Positions 31,450 to 45,383 of a stretch of 64,000 bases of DNA are shown here, one piece after another. The DNA lies in contig OZ024751.1 in the NCBI GenBank assembly GCA_964016885.1, positions 11,594,001 to 11,658,000 on the forward strand, written 5' to 3'. This DNA comes from Eledone cirrhosa. Taxonomy: Eukaryota. The notes under the pieces were generated by a model that saw only the letters and a list, made by a program, of their open reading frames with translations, was not told the origin of the DNA and made no database searches. Positions within the stretch are counted from its first letter, which is position 1. Each line of letters begins with the position of its first letter. A program made the translations under genes and the position numbers.

Positions 31450-31720
31450 TATATATATATATATATATATATGAAAATAGAGAAATTAATGTGAGCAAGA
31501 AACCAACAGTATTTCATAATATATAAGTGACTATAACGTCAAGATGTAAAATATTTAACGTAAGATATGGGAAAATAATTCAAACTCAATTAAAAAAAAA
31601 AGTCAAGACAGAGATTTTATCCACAGATTTTGTGAAAACCAGGGAAAAAACCAATCGAGTCTTAACTCAGAATAAAATTAATATTAAATAGTCATCCTAC
31701 AATTTGAAAAAACTACAAAT

Positions 31721-31801
31721 GCTCTATATTGTCTTAAAAAGACTATTTCACGAAACTTTTCAGTGGGATTAGTTACGGTTGGAGTCGTTCATCAGTAGAG
31801 C
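31721..31801 (-). ncRNA. Type I hammerhead ribozyme with canonical core
   Basis: GCTCTA-CTGATGA-ACGA(31-nt loop)TCGT-GAAA-TAGTCTT ttt AAGACAA-TA-TAGAGC; predicted cleavage between 31727 and 31726. Confidence 0.85.
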
Positions 31802-32337
31802 TCAAAACACGATAACCAAAAAAGCACCACTAAAATATGCCAGAAAGGGAATTTAAAAGCAGGCTAGTGCACCTGGTGTGGAATTAAGAAAATAAATACA
31901 TATTGAGAACATAGCTAGTGACGTCAGAATGAGACGAATGTCTGTTTACAAGAAACAGCAGTCAAAACTTTCCGAAAAAATCTCAACAAAAATGTATGGA
32001 GTTCAGCATATAGCAATATTATCGAGGTTAAAAAAAAAACCGGGATTAGTCACAAATAATTTTAAGCACTCTAGGAAAAATTCTATGAAAATAGAGAAAT
32101 TAATGTGAGCAAGAAGCCAACAGTATTTCATAATATATAAGTGAATATAACGTCAAGATGGAAAATATTTAACGTAAGATATGGGAAAATAATTCAAACT
32201 CAATTAAAAAAATAGTCAAGACAGAAACAAATTTTATCCACAGATTTTGTGAAATCCAGGGAAAAAACCAATTGAGTCTTAACTCAGAATAAAATTAATA
32301 TTAAATAGTCATCCTTCAATTTGAAAAAACTACAAAT

Positions 32338-32418
32338 GCTCTATATAGTCTTAAAAAGACTATTTAACGAAACTTTTCAGTGGGATTATTCACGGTTGGA
32401 GTCGTTCATCAGTAGAGC
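32338..32418 (-). ncRNA. Type I hammerhead, second copy, G12 mutated
   Basis: Same fold with perfect stem III TAGTCTT/AAGACTA, but GAAA changed to TAAA at 32363-32366. Confidence 0.75.
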
Positions 32419-32644
32419 TCAAAACACGATAACCAAAAAAGTAAAAATAAACACACATGGAGAACATAGCTAGTGACGTCAGAATGAGACGAATGTCTGT
32501 TTACAAGAAACAGCAGTCAAAACATTCCGAAAAAAATTCAACGAAAATGTATGGAGTACAGCATATAGCAATATTATCGCGGTTTAAAAAAAAAAGACCA
32601 GGATTAGTCACACATAATTTTAAGCACTCTAGGAAAAATTCCGA

Positions 32645-32754
<110 letters not shown>

Positions 32755-32869
32755 TTATATATATTTAAAGTATAATGAACAATAGAGTATAATTACTTCA
32801 TTACCAGAGGTTTCCCGATTAAGTGGAATACAAGACACGTCCGCATTCGTTCAACAGACAAGGCAATTC

Positions 32870-32921
<52 letters not shown>

Positions 32922-32924
<3 letters not shown>

Positions 32925-33030
32925 GAAACGAGTAGGACCCCGACGGCTGAGCTCAAGCCGTTTCGACGGGTAATTCTGAGTACTTTGGTGCGTTATGGTC
33001 CAACTGGTTCCTTACCACATTTCCTTCGTT
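32922..33030 (+). mobile_element. Family A copy lacking the right arm
   Basis: Left arm atagaaacgagtaggaccccgacgg..aattct joined directly to tail gagtactttggtgcgttatgg. Confidence 0.8.
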
Positions 33031-33091
33031 ATATATATATATATATATATATGAATGCACGCATGTACGTTCGTATGTATGTATATATGTA

Positions 33092-33169
<78 letters not shown>

Positions 33170-33309
33170 GATGTATGTATGTATACATGTATGTATGTGT
33201 GTATACAATTATGTATATATATATGTATGTATATGTATGTATGTATACATGAATGTATGTATGTATACATATATGTATATAATTGTATGTATATATGTAT
33301 ACATACATA

Positions 33310-33602
33310 TTGGTTAAGAGAGTGGGACTGGCTTTTTGCAGTGCCTTTGCTCGCCATAAAAGCTTCGCGGCACAGGCATTGCTTTATATCTCGAGATCTC
33401 TGAGCTCTCTGCACTTGTCGTTACATGGTACCATGGGCCCAGCACTATGTGTCAATAATTGTCACACGTGTAGTGTTTGTACCAGAGTTTTCAAGTCGCT
33501 GGCTGGACTAAAATGTCACACTCGTTCAACGCATCGGTGGTGGTTCTCCTACATGGATATAAAGTAGTGGCCGTACTCGAAAACGAGTTGGCAGCCACCA
33601 TA
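33310..33602 (+). mobile_element. RTE-derived non-autonomous element ending in a C2H2 zinc-finger remnant
   Basis: CSVCTRVFKSLAGLKCHTRSTH motif, 3' hairpin actcg aaaa cgagt, (tatg)n tail; 5' part taagagagtgggactggcttt shared with 45714-45760. Confidence 0.65.
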
Positions 33603-34438
33603 TATATGTATGTATGTATATATGTATGTATGTATGTGTATGTATGTATGTATGTATCTATGTATATGTATGTAGAGTGGGCCAACGTGAGAATGGAAAG
33701 GATTATTTAAGTGTTATAGTCAATTAAGGAGTTGTGAGAATTTAAAGAAATAATGTTGTTATAAGCTAAGAACTCTAATGAAAGTCTTATGTATTATTTG
33801 CTCTAATGTTTTCTTGATACATATACATACATTGACACACACATACACCAATACATTCATACACTACACAAATATATATGTATATATATATATATATGTG
33901 TGTGTGTATATACATATAAGTATATATATATGTATATATAGATGAATATTTACATATATATACCCCAAAACACAGACACACACACACGTATATATATGGT
34001 GAGTGTGTGTGTGTGAGGATGTGTGAGTGTATGTGTGTTTCTCTGTATGAGAGTGCTGGCGTGTGTATTTATGGAAATATGTGTTTAAGTATTATATTAT
34101 TACAGATAGTGTCAGTCATCTTGAAGCAAATAGAGAAAAATTAATTTCATAAGAGAAGAGAGGTTTTAGTGTAAAGAAAGGCAACGCGAGTGGGATTTCC
34201 TGGAAGCAATTTAGCCGCAGCCATCTTGAAAATCAAACCTCATGTGTACAAGTTCACGTCAAACTAAAGAAGATATGTATTACCCATTGATATTTAGGTG
34301 TTAAACAGTTTCACACACTCCGCTTTCCGTATTAAAGATGAAAGCACACTCAGACACACTTAAACACGCAGATATATACACATATACACACATACACATA
34401 CATATATATATAGATGTGTATATATATATATGTATATA

Positions 34439-34655
<217 letters not shown>

Positions 34656-34675
34656 GAGAGAGAGATACATATATA

Positions 34676-34718
<43 letters not shown>

Positions 34719-34751
34719 GTATGTAAATATATGTATATACATATATATATA

Positions 34752-35428
<677 letters not shown>

Positions 35429-35479
35429 TATTATTTGGAAGATGCATTTCATTAGTATTATTATTCTCAGTAGCTTCAG

Positions 35480-35583
35480 TACCGTCACTACCACCACCTT
35501 TATTATCACCACCTCCACCACCATCACTATCCTCCCCATCATCATTATCGACGTTGTCACCGTCCTCCTCCTCCTCCTCCTCC

Positions 35584-35626
<43 letters not shown>

Positions 35627-36260
35627 TAACCTCATCATCATCATCATCATCATCATTAACCTCATCATCATCATCATTACCATGCTCGCCTTCATCAAAA
35701 TTTCCACCATCTTGCTCATCAACATCACATCATCATCACCATCACCATCATCATCCTCATTATCCTTCTCATCATCATCACCACCACCACCATCATCATC
35801 ACCACCATCTTCTTTGTCATAATCGTGGTCATCACCGCCATCATCCTCAATCCATTATCATCATATCATCATCATCATCATCATCTACATCACCATCACC
35901 ACCATCTTCTTTACCATAATCACGGTCATCGTCGCCATCATCCTCATGTCGATTATCATCAACATCATCGTCATCACCATCATCGACCTCATCATCATCA
36001 CCATCACCATCATCATCATCATCATCATCATTATCATCTGTTTAATGTATTCATCATCACCATCATCGCCATCGTCATCACCATCATCAACCTCATTATC
36101 CACATTGTCACCATCATCACCATCTTCGTCGCCATCATCATCATCATCATCATCATCATTATCATCTGTTTAATGTATTCATCATCGCCCTCATCACCAT
36201 CATCGTCATCACCATCATCGACCTCATTATCCACATCATCACCATCATCACCATCATCAC

Positions 36261-36323
<63 letters not shown>

Positions 36324-36345
36324 TATCATCTCTTTAATGTATTCA
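35480..36345. repeat. (CAT)n/(CAC)n low-complexity tract with a ~130-bp higher-order unit
   Basis: cattatcatctgtttaatgtattcat recurs near 36028, 36157 and 36321. Confidence 0.85.
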
Positions 36346-37490
36346 TTAGAGAATATTTTACAGAAAATTCTTTACAAAAGAAAAAAAAAAATGTACAGAT
36401 AACATAAAAACAATTAATCAAAAAATCAGATTTTCAAAAATTATTGTGAATATATTTTTTGTTCAAAGCAAAATATTGCATTCTTTTTTTCTTTTTATTA
36501 ATTTCACCTTTATTTTACTTTAAAATGTTCTCGTATTCTTAGTTTTCATTATACCGTATTGCTCGTTTATCATTTTAAAAAAAATTAGTTCAAATAATTT
36601 TCTTTCTTTCTCTTTTTGAAATAAAAAAAAAAAATCTTTCTATGCATTTTTGAAAACTTTTTCTTCTTCTACATAATTTAGATGGATCTCCTACAATAAT
36701 TACAGTTTCTGCTCTAAATCGTTTTCGAATTCATAATAGTAACTCCGAATAATCTGGATAATTATACAACAATAAAATAAGTCACTGAATATATGTAATA
36801 GAGAAAGATATTTTTTATCGTGCACTTGTGGCAGTGTAAAGATTCTTGACTAACACGTAAAACTATTAAGATCATAAACGTATCGTAAGGCCGTGATTTA
36901 GATTCTCAGTTGCGTGTTGTGTCTTTGAAGAACAAACAAACATGTATCGGTACTTCACAAGGCCAGTCATGTGCAGATGTGTATGTGGAATGCTCAGCCA
37001 ATTACATGTAAGTATTACGAGCAGACTATTCTGTTGATTAAACCATTAGCACACATGTCTTAATCGATGGAGGTCCAACAAAACAAGTGAATATTTGCTC
37101 CCTAATTTCACATCTATAGCAAAGCGGTGTCTTTGCCTATATTCATTTCTATAGTACAGAGTAGGGTTAATTGATAGTGTGCAGAACGTGGGTAGGAGGG
37201 AATTACTCCTGGTAAAGCTGTTAAGTATAAGGCACCACGGTCTTGTGGTTAGAATGTTTCAGAAAATAATCACCGAATAGATTTTACGGGCAAAACCAAC
37301 CGACATTACACCCAGATGTTGAGCTCGGGCAAGATGTTTTCATAACATTAATTGGTCAGTTGGTATCTGTTGAGGATCTCTCTTGATCATTTAGATAGGA
37401 ACCTCTGGAAAACGTGTCTGAGGACTTTGACTATACGACCCTCTCACGAATAAGTGGTTAAAGAAGAAGGCCAAGTATAAGACGATGACA

Positions 37491-37525
<35 letters not shown>

Positions 37526-37802
37526 TACGACGAAGAAGAAGAAGAAGAAGAAGAAGAAGAAGAAGAAGAAGAAGAAGAAGAAGAAGAAGAAGAAGAAGAA
37601 GAAGAAGAAGAAGAAGAAGAAGAAGACTTGTAGTTATCATTAATTTTTGCGGTTTCCAAATTCGCCAGTTCTTTTAAATTTAATCAAATATTAATTGTTT
37701 TGAAAATAAAAATCTAAAACAAAATCGAAGAATATTCCAAAGATTCCATTTTGTTTAAAAGTACTTTAGATATGAGAATATATATATATATATATATATA
37801 TA

Positions 37803-37924
37803 TTCCTGATGATTTCCTTCAAATGAAACAGTTCTAATACTGTAGAAGCCATTTCTATATTAAATATTTCTACTCTGCTATGTATTGAGCACCTTACTGT
37901 GGTTAACCTTGATTGAACCCGGTA

Positions 37925-37925
<1 letters not shown>
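37803..37925 (+). mobile_element. Family D element, non-palindromic copy starting at the HHR-like core
   Basis: (TA)n then ttc-CTGATGA(37806-37812)-tttccttcaaat-GAAAC; tail matches 25217-25320. Confidence 0.8.
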
Positions 37926-37969
<44 letters not shown>

Positions 37970-38037
37970 GTATACATATACCGCCTCTTCTTTCTGCCCT
38001 TAAACGTCTGCTCCATCTTTTTTTATATATATATATA

Positions 38038-38115
38038 TAGGATGTCACCAAAAAATGTATACACAGTTTGATTACATTGCTGTTGGAGTGTGTATACATT
38101 TTTTGTGACACCCTG
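38038..38115. mobile_element. Tiny Tc1/mariner-type MITE
   Basis: TIRs aggatgtcaccaaaaaatgtatacac / gtgtatacattttttgtgacaccctg. Confidence 0.7.
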
Positions 38116-38755
38116 CATATATATAAATTTATATAAAAGATTTATATATTAATGTATTTATTATATCGGAGCATGTAACGTGTCGGTGCAAACCTTACAA
38201 ACAAACTATTTTTAGTTTGTAATTATACATACTTTATTTTGTATTCACATTTAGAATAAAATAAATTTTATGTAAAAGTACATGCAAGGCTTTTTGCTAC
38301 AATTACGTTCGATTAATTTCTATTTCAAACAATAATGTGTGTGTATAATGTTGGTGTTTGTATGTGTTTATGTGTGGTTGTATGTGTGTGTACGTGTATA
38401 ACTCATTGTATAAATGAGCATCTACTCGCGTACAAAGATCTACAAATAGAGACACACTCTCCTATTGTAGAATTTGTCTTTTTTTGTATGTCCTACATAT
38501 ATCAGACTCTTTTACTTTACAAATGAAAAAAATAATACTTCACAGACGACAGACATACACTTTGTTCCCCACATGTCCCCCCCCCCCCTCACACACATAT
38601 CTATATTTATATATATATATATATGCGTGTGTGTGTGTGAGGTGTATATACATATATAATATATATATATATATACATGTGTGTGTGTGTACATATGTAT
38701 ATACATAATATCGTCAGACGATATCTAGATTATCTTCCTTGATATACATACATTC

Positions 38756-38830
<75 letters not shown>

Positions 38831-39655
38831 CGTGTATTTAAATTATATATATACATACACACACACATATATATATATATATGGTGTATTAACGTAGGGA
38901 TGATTTGATTTTCTAATCATAAGGGGCGTTGCAATATTTTTTTTCCTTTCATTTTGTCTCGTTATTGCGGTATAAAAACGCCAAATATATGACTTAAATG
39001 AAACAGACAAATTACGTGAAATACATAATATTTCAAGTCTGATTGTTTTTATCTGTAAGAAGCTGAAGGCCATTTTTTTTTTTTTTTGTATTTTCTTCCT
39101 TAGCTACAACAGTCTTGTATAATATTTATTTATTTAACCATTCTCTTTCAAGTTTTCTCTTGGGAAATAAGAAAGGAAACGTTTTATTTATAGTCCGATA
39201 TGTTTTGCTATCAGTTCTTGCATAGTTTCTTTTAGATTTTGAGAAATATGTTCTTTTCTTGTGGTTATGTTGTGAGGTTTATTTAGTTGTAGATGAGGGG
39301 GTTTTAATGGTAGTAAGGTTGTAGATGAGGGGGGTGTTAATGGTAGTAAAGTTGTTGATGAAGGTATGGGTGTTGATGGAGGTGGTTGGGTAGATGGAGC
39401 GGGTTTTGTTGATGGAGGTGGATGTGTTGGAGGAGTTGGGGGTGTTGATAAAGTCGTGTGGTTGACGATTATTTCTTGATGACAGTTAGGATAACATCGA
39501 TTTATTGTTCGAATTCATAAATGGTTTATATTATAATCCAGTCACATTTACCGATATATAAAGTTAAAACTTAAACATATTTCTATGTGTGTGTGAATAT
39601 ATAGCCGTATCTTCATATTTGTGTATGTGAACGTAAAAATATCTGTATATGTATA

Positions 39656-39961
39656 CGGTTGTCGCACGGTATTCGTAGGGGCTACGTTCCTAGAGCCACT
39701 GTGAATAGTGAAAAACCGTGAATATCGAACATCGACCGCAAACAACGTAAAATATAAACCGGCAAATACGGTATATTGTTATTAATAATTTAGCGCTAAA
39801 AAGAGTGAAAAATCATTTATTGTCACGAAAAGAGCCACGAAAACATCGTGGATGATATTTACTTTTCCGCGAATATGTGTTGGTTTCCACGAACAAGTAT
39901 TAGTTAGGTTCTAAGGAAAATTCCGCGAATAACCGGGACCATGAATGCCGGGGGTATACTG
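39656..39961. mobile_element. Tigger/pogo-like MITE
   Basis: Ends TA-cggttgtcgcacggtattcgt and gaatgccgggggtatactg-TA; repeated ccgcgaata subterminal motifs. Confidence 0.65.
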
Positions 39962-40477
39962 TATATGTGGACAAATATTTTCTTGTTCAAGGACAGGAAT
40001 ATTATTAATATATATATATATATATAGGAACGAAGTTTTCCTTTTCAACTTCTCGTCATTCAAACATGATTGGGTTTAACTTCGGACTTTGAATTTAAAA
40101 ATATTTCTTTTGTTCCGTTATTCAGAAGATACACAAGTGTATTATTATTGAAATGAAAATGACTGGTTTATCAGTGTCAGAAACCTAGAAAGGTACGTAG
40201 AAGTAAAGAGAAATATCTATAGAGGTATATATGTTTATTAGATTATTTCATAGGAAGGTATTAGGTAGGTATAAGATGAGTAGAATTGGGTGAAGCTGGA
40301 GATTATGACATTATATTTACCTTGAATACACAGAAAACGGAGCTAATATATACGCAGATAAACAGTCTTACACAAGCATACATATACATACACACACGCC
40401 ATATATATATATTCTTATGTGTATATATACATACATACTCATTTATATACACATGTACATGCGCGCATAAATACATA

Positions 40478-40562
<85 letters not shown>

Positions 40563-40571
40563 ATATATATA

Positions 40572-40608
<37 letters not shown>

Positions 40609-40614
<6 letters not shown>

Positions 40615-40960
40615 GATATTAAACAAATGGAAATTATATTTATAAAACCATATTTATTTATTACATTATACATATTTCAGGGATACCATATTAAAAATAT
40701 GGCATGCCTTCGTCAGATAAAATACAATATATAAACAGTTTTATAAATAATTTTGTTTATATATTGTATTTTATCTGACGAAGGCATGCCATATTTTTAA
40801 TATGGTATCCCTGAAATATGTATAATGAAATAAATATGGTTTTATAAATATAGTTTCCATTTGTTTAATATCGTATATCTACTCCAAAAACTTGTCGAGT
40901 GCTTTATATCAGTTATAAAATATTTACTTGTTGTAACCCAACAATTTTAAATAAAACTTT

Positions 40961-40963
<3 letters not shown>
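40609..40963 (+). mobile_element. Family B palindrome in (TA)n with HHR motifs on both strands
   Basis: Arms ~40609-40737 and 40754-40877, 16-nt spacer; CTGACGA 40775-40781, GAAA 40813-40816; tail to 40963. Confidence 0.9.
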
Positions 40964-41038
<75 letters not shown>

Positions 41039-41339
41039 AACATATATATGTACATAAACATATATCATTATACCTAAGTATATTCATACGTACATATATA
41101 TATATACACAAATATCTGTGTGAGTGTTTCATCTATACATTAGGTGTTTAATCATGTAGTATTTAAGGATAATTTGGGATGAAAATTATCTATATACGTG
41201 TTGTATTGAATACTTGTTTTAATTAATGTGGTCGGTACCTTGCAGATTGTAATTTGTAAAAGAAAAATTTGTTTAAATTCACCATGAACATTTTTAGGTT
41301 TTCTTAGATTCATCTTCACCTTCCCCGTTTAGACCTATA

Positions 41340-41373
<34 letters not shown>

Positions 41374-41540
41374 GTACACATACACACAGACACATATACA
41401 TATGTATATATACATACATATATATATATACACACATCCACATATACACGCACACAGACAGACACACGCGCAAAAACTGATACATATATATATACACATT
41501 TACACACACATATATTTGATATATATATATATATATATAC

Positions 41541-41610
41541 ATTTTCAACGATATAATTCATTGGATACAGAGTCAAAAATACAAAAATACACACTAAAAA
41601 TTGTATAAAA

Positions 41611-41648
<38 letters not shown>

Positions 41649-41815
41649 TATACAATTTGTATACAATTTGTATTATGTATTTTTGACTCTGTATCCAATG
41701 AATTTATATCGTTGAAAATTTTGTATTTTAAACTTTGCTTCACGACGTCTTCTACATACGGATTACAGTTCTTCATACGGTTTAGACCCTACCATTAATT
41801 GGAGTATTTATCTGT
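41541..41815 (+). mobile_element. Family F inverted pair with (TA)n at the centre
   Basis: 41541-41583 is the reverse complement of 41676-41719; tail shares agttcttcatacgg and tttatct with 43446-43590 (minus). Confidence 0.7.
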
Positions 41816-42414
41816 ATATATATATATATATATTTAATATATATATATTTAATATATATGTGTGTATGTCTGTGTGTGTATGTGTGTGCGTATGTGTCTC
41901 ACTGTGTATGAAAGGTACGATTTATTAAGAAAATCAAATTGGTAAATTAATACCAAGTATATTCAAGATCAACGTGATTAAAAAGATTCATCCAAGCTGT
42001 AGACTTCCGTAAACTTGCGGATACTTGATATTTTAACTCTAGTTAGATATTTTAACCTATCTAGGGAACAAATAAAGTAAATATGTTGGCTGTTGTTGGT
42101 ATTGGGATAAACATTTCAACCAGGCAGTAAGTCAGAATAAACCTCGGTCATTTGAAATATATTTGTATTTGAAATTGTACTCAAATATGAGGCTAGGAAT
42201 AGTCACTGAGCCTCACCAACTCCTAAAGAAAAATCAAACGCTTTCATATGTAAATACTAATATGGGGTTAGACAATTGTCCGTCGGTTGAATAACCTTTT
42301 TATGACATCTTGCTTTTATTTTAAACAATGACGTTGTAAACCAGATCCAGTAAAGGTAGAAGCTATTGTGAGAAAGTCAGTTCCATCAGATATCAACAGG
42401 TTCATGTCGTTGCA

Positions 42415-42660
42415 TGTAGAGGTGGGGGTCCTAGTGGTAACGTACAAGGTTCGATTCCTGTACTGGGTTGTATGTTGTGTCCTTGAGCAAAACACTTTGT
42501 TACACGTTGTTCAAGTATCCTCAGCTGAGGATAATTACTAGTTGTAGCTAGGTGTTTAAGCCTCCGATGAACAGGCGTGCTGTCCAGGGAGCAGTCTTCT
42601 GCTCTCAATCGCTAAACGCCACGGAAACCAGTGCGCGAGACAAACTTTAGACTTTAGATA
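42415..42660 (+). mobile_element. tRNA-derived SINE with CORE-like block (old)
   Basis: ggttcgattcc B-box followed by gtgtccttgagcaaaacactt; (ttagac) tail. Confidence 0.65.
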
Positions 42661-43344
42661 CATTCACCTGGCTCTTTTAGTTATTTTAATGTATTCCTAC
42701 CTTCCATGGATCACCTGAGTAAAATTTTAAACCAATTGTTTTAGAAAGACACCAAGTGAAACAGAGTGTGATCCATACAGCGTGTAGTTGGATAAATGAC
42801 TGAAACTTCAATCACGGGCGAACATACAATTGATTGATAGAATTGATTGATCGAAAAGATAATGCATTCATTTTGCAGATTTGTGAGCAGTTTAAGACTG
42901 ATATAATCAATTGAGTAAAGAAATCTAGGTTTTTATACGATTGCTAGTAGAGAGAACATTTAAATTATAAATCGAGAGAATTAAGACGTTTGCTTTCGTC
43001 TTACGCTCGTTTTTACAAATGTAATGCGAAGAATATAGCTAATGGACAATTTAAAGTAAAGCTGCAGTCTATCATATAAGAGTAAAGCCACATACTAAGA
43101 TCCAGACATAAAAACAGAAACTTATTTCAACACATAATTTCCACATCTTATTTGTATATTCAGATGCCTGAGTATCAGAATATCATTATAACTAAAAAAA
43201 TTTTCATAAGTATATAGTGATCCTCAATGATTTGTCCCAATGAATCTTGGTTCCTCCAAAATTAATGTATATCTACGTTAAACGTCTCTGAAGAAAGAAA
43301 TTAGATGCAGAATATGTATACACACACACACACATATACATATT

Positions 43345-43377
<33 letters not shown>

Positions 43378-43388
43378 TATATTTATAT

Positions 43389-43445
<57 letters not shown>

Positions 43446-43448
<3 letters not shown>

Positions 43449-43720
43449 GATAAATCTACCAAGAGTTTACGGTAGTGTCCAATCCGTATGAAGAACTCAA
43501 TGTATTCCGGATATCATGGAAAGAAGAGATGTAATGAAAAATCACTTTCGGTGAAAGATAAACGGTATACAGAGTCAAGATAAAATATTAAACAAATAAT
43601 GAATAAACAATGAGACAGTTCCTTATATTAAACAAAAAAAGTTCATTATTTAACGATCGTTTCTAGGATATATATGTGTTAGAATTGGCATGCATATTCA
43701 ACAGATCTATGTACAAAATT
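43446..43720 (-). mobile_element. Family F element with degenerate HHR-like motif
   Basis: Minus strand CTGTTGA...GAAACGATCGTTA near 43650-43705; tail related to 41650-41815; TA flank. Confidence 0.5.
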
Positions 43721-43809
43721 ATACAAAATTATACAAACTATCAAGATTAAATATACATACCAACACATATATACGCCGTCTTCAGATATATATATATATA
43801 TATATAAAT

Positions 43810-43914
<105 letters not shown>

Positions 43915-44587
43915 AAAGGTAAACAGAAATAACAATACAATCGATACAATATATGGAAGGGATATATTAGGTTAACGCTTGATATGGCAGGAAGAGGGTC
44001 TTAACGTTTCGGACGCTATTCCTTCACGAGAAGAAAGAATGAGAAATAAGATAGATTGAGGGGACTGCTAGGATGGAATTAAAAAAAATGTCTTTAGATA
44101 AAAATAAGAGGTCCATTCACGTTGACATTTCTTACACACACACACGCACACACACAGATATATATATATATGTATTTATTTATTCAAGTAGAGAAAGTTG
44201 GTTGATTGAAAATCTACGGACTTTTAAACAACAATTTTATCCGGAGTTTTATTATAATAACTAGACCACATGTGACCCGTTGGGTCACGTTCCCTGCAAA
44301 TTATTTGTCAAAAATCATGTTCACTTAAGAATAATTTTTCAATAATTAAAATATCACATTGTTGCAGCTCCAGATATATGTATGTATATATATATATATA
44401 CATATATATATATACAATAAATAAATAAATTTATTTAACTGCTCTGTAAAACAACTGATGTTCATACATTGAGCTATTTCTCTTACTGGTAATAAGGTAA
44501 TTAAGAAATTACTGACCTTCCTATTTATAGTTGTTTATACTATATACATAACTATAAATATTATTATTATTATTATATATATATATA

Positions 44588-45139
44588 TAAGTACAGCGAA
44601 CTTTTTAAAATTTATTTTAAATCTTTTTCTCTATTTGCTAAACCTTGATGTTATATGTTCTGGCTCGTTTATTTATTAACCTGCCATAGAACCACATTGG
44701 CATACGATTGGATAATACTTGTGTCCCTCTATGTATTTTTTACACGTAGGAACACATACTTTATTATTATTAATCTCCCTTGAGGTTGAGATAACATTAT
44801 GGTCGTTTGAACTGCTGCTATTTCTAGTGGGAGTACATTGACCTGCCCACCCTGCCTTCTGTCTTTACACACGGCACTAGACAAAATTGGTTCCTTCCTC
44901 ATTCACTCTCATCCGGTAGCAGTTTTGTATGGCGCCAGTTTGTGATTTGAACTCGGGAATTTTATATTCTCCGAGCGAGAAAAACCTTCTGACGAAAATC
45001 CCTTTCTCAATGGTGGTCCGCATGGGTTGTCCATTTATTTTGGGATTTGAAACCGCGCGCTAAGTGTTCATATAGTAAGTACAGCGAACTTTTAAAAATA
45101 TATATTAAATCTTTTTCTCTATTTGCTAAACCTTGATTT

Positions 45140-45143
<4 letters not shown>
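44588..45143 (+). mobile_element. Family C element: 488-bp unit with terminal redundancy, in (TA)n
   Basis: 44588-44656 is repeated at 45076-45143; one HHR immediately upstream of the second repeat. Confidence 0.85.
44983..45069 (+). ncRNA. Type I hammerhead motif (family C)
   Basis: aacctt-CTGACGA(44989-44995)-AAATCCC...GGGATTT-GAAA(45049-45052)-ccgcgcgc-TA(45061-45062)-agtgtt. Confidence 0.7.
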
Positions 45144-45225
<82 letters not shown>

Positions 45226-45364
45226 CGCTGTACTTAATATATGAACCCGTAGCGCGCGGTTTCAAATCCCAAAATAAATGGATAATCCAGGCGGACCACC
45301 ATATTTCAGTCCAGAAATAGCCGTCGAAACGGCTTGAGCTCTGCCGTCGGGGTCAAACATTTTC
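45226..45364. mobile_element. Head-to-head chimera of family C (minus, 45226-45302) and family A (plus, 45303-45364)
   Basis: Left part is the reverse complement of 7378-7453; right part matches 5761-5816; TA on both sides. Confidence 0.85.
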
Positions 45365-45383
45365 ATATATATGTATATATATT

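Noticed and set aside
40095-40160. CAGAAGA-TACAC aa GTGTA followed by a distant GAAA
   Set aside because: Eight extra nucleotides before GAAA and no stem I or III; insufficient for an HHR call
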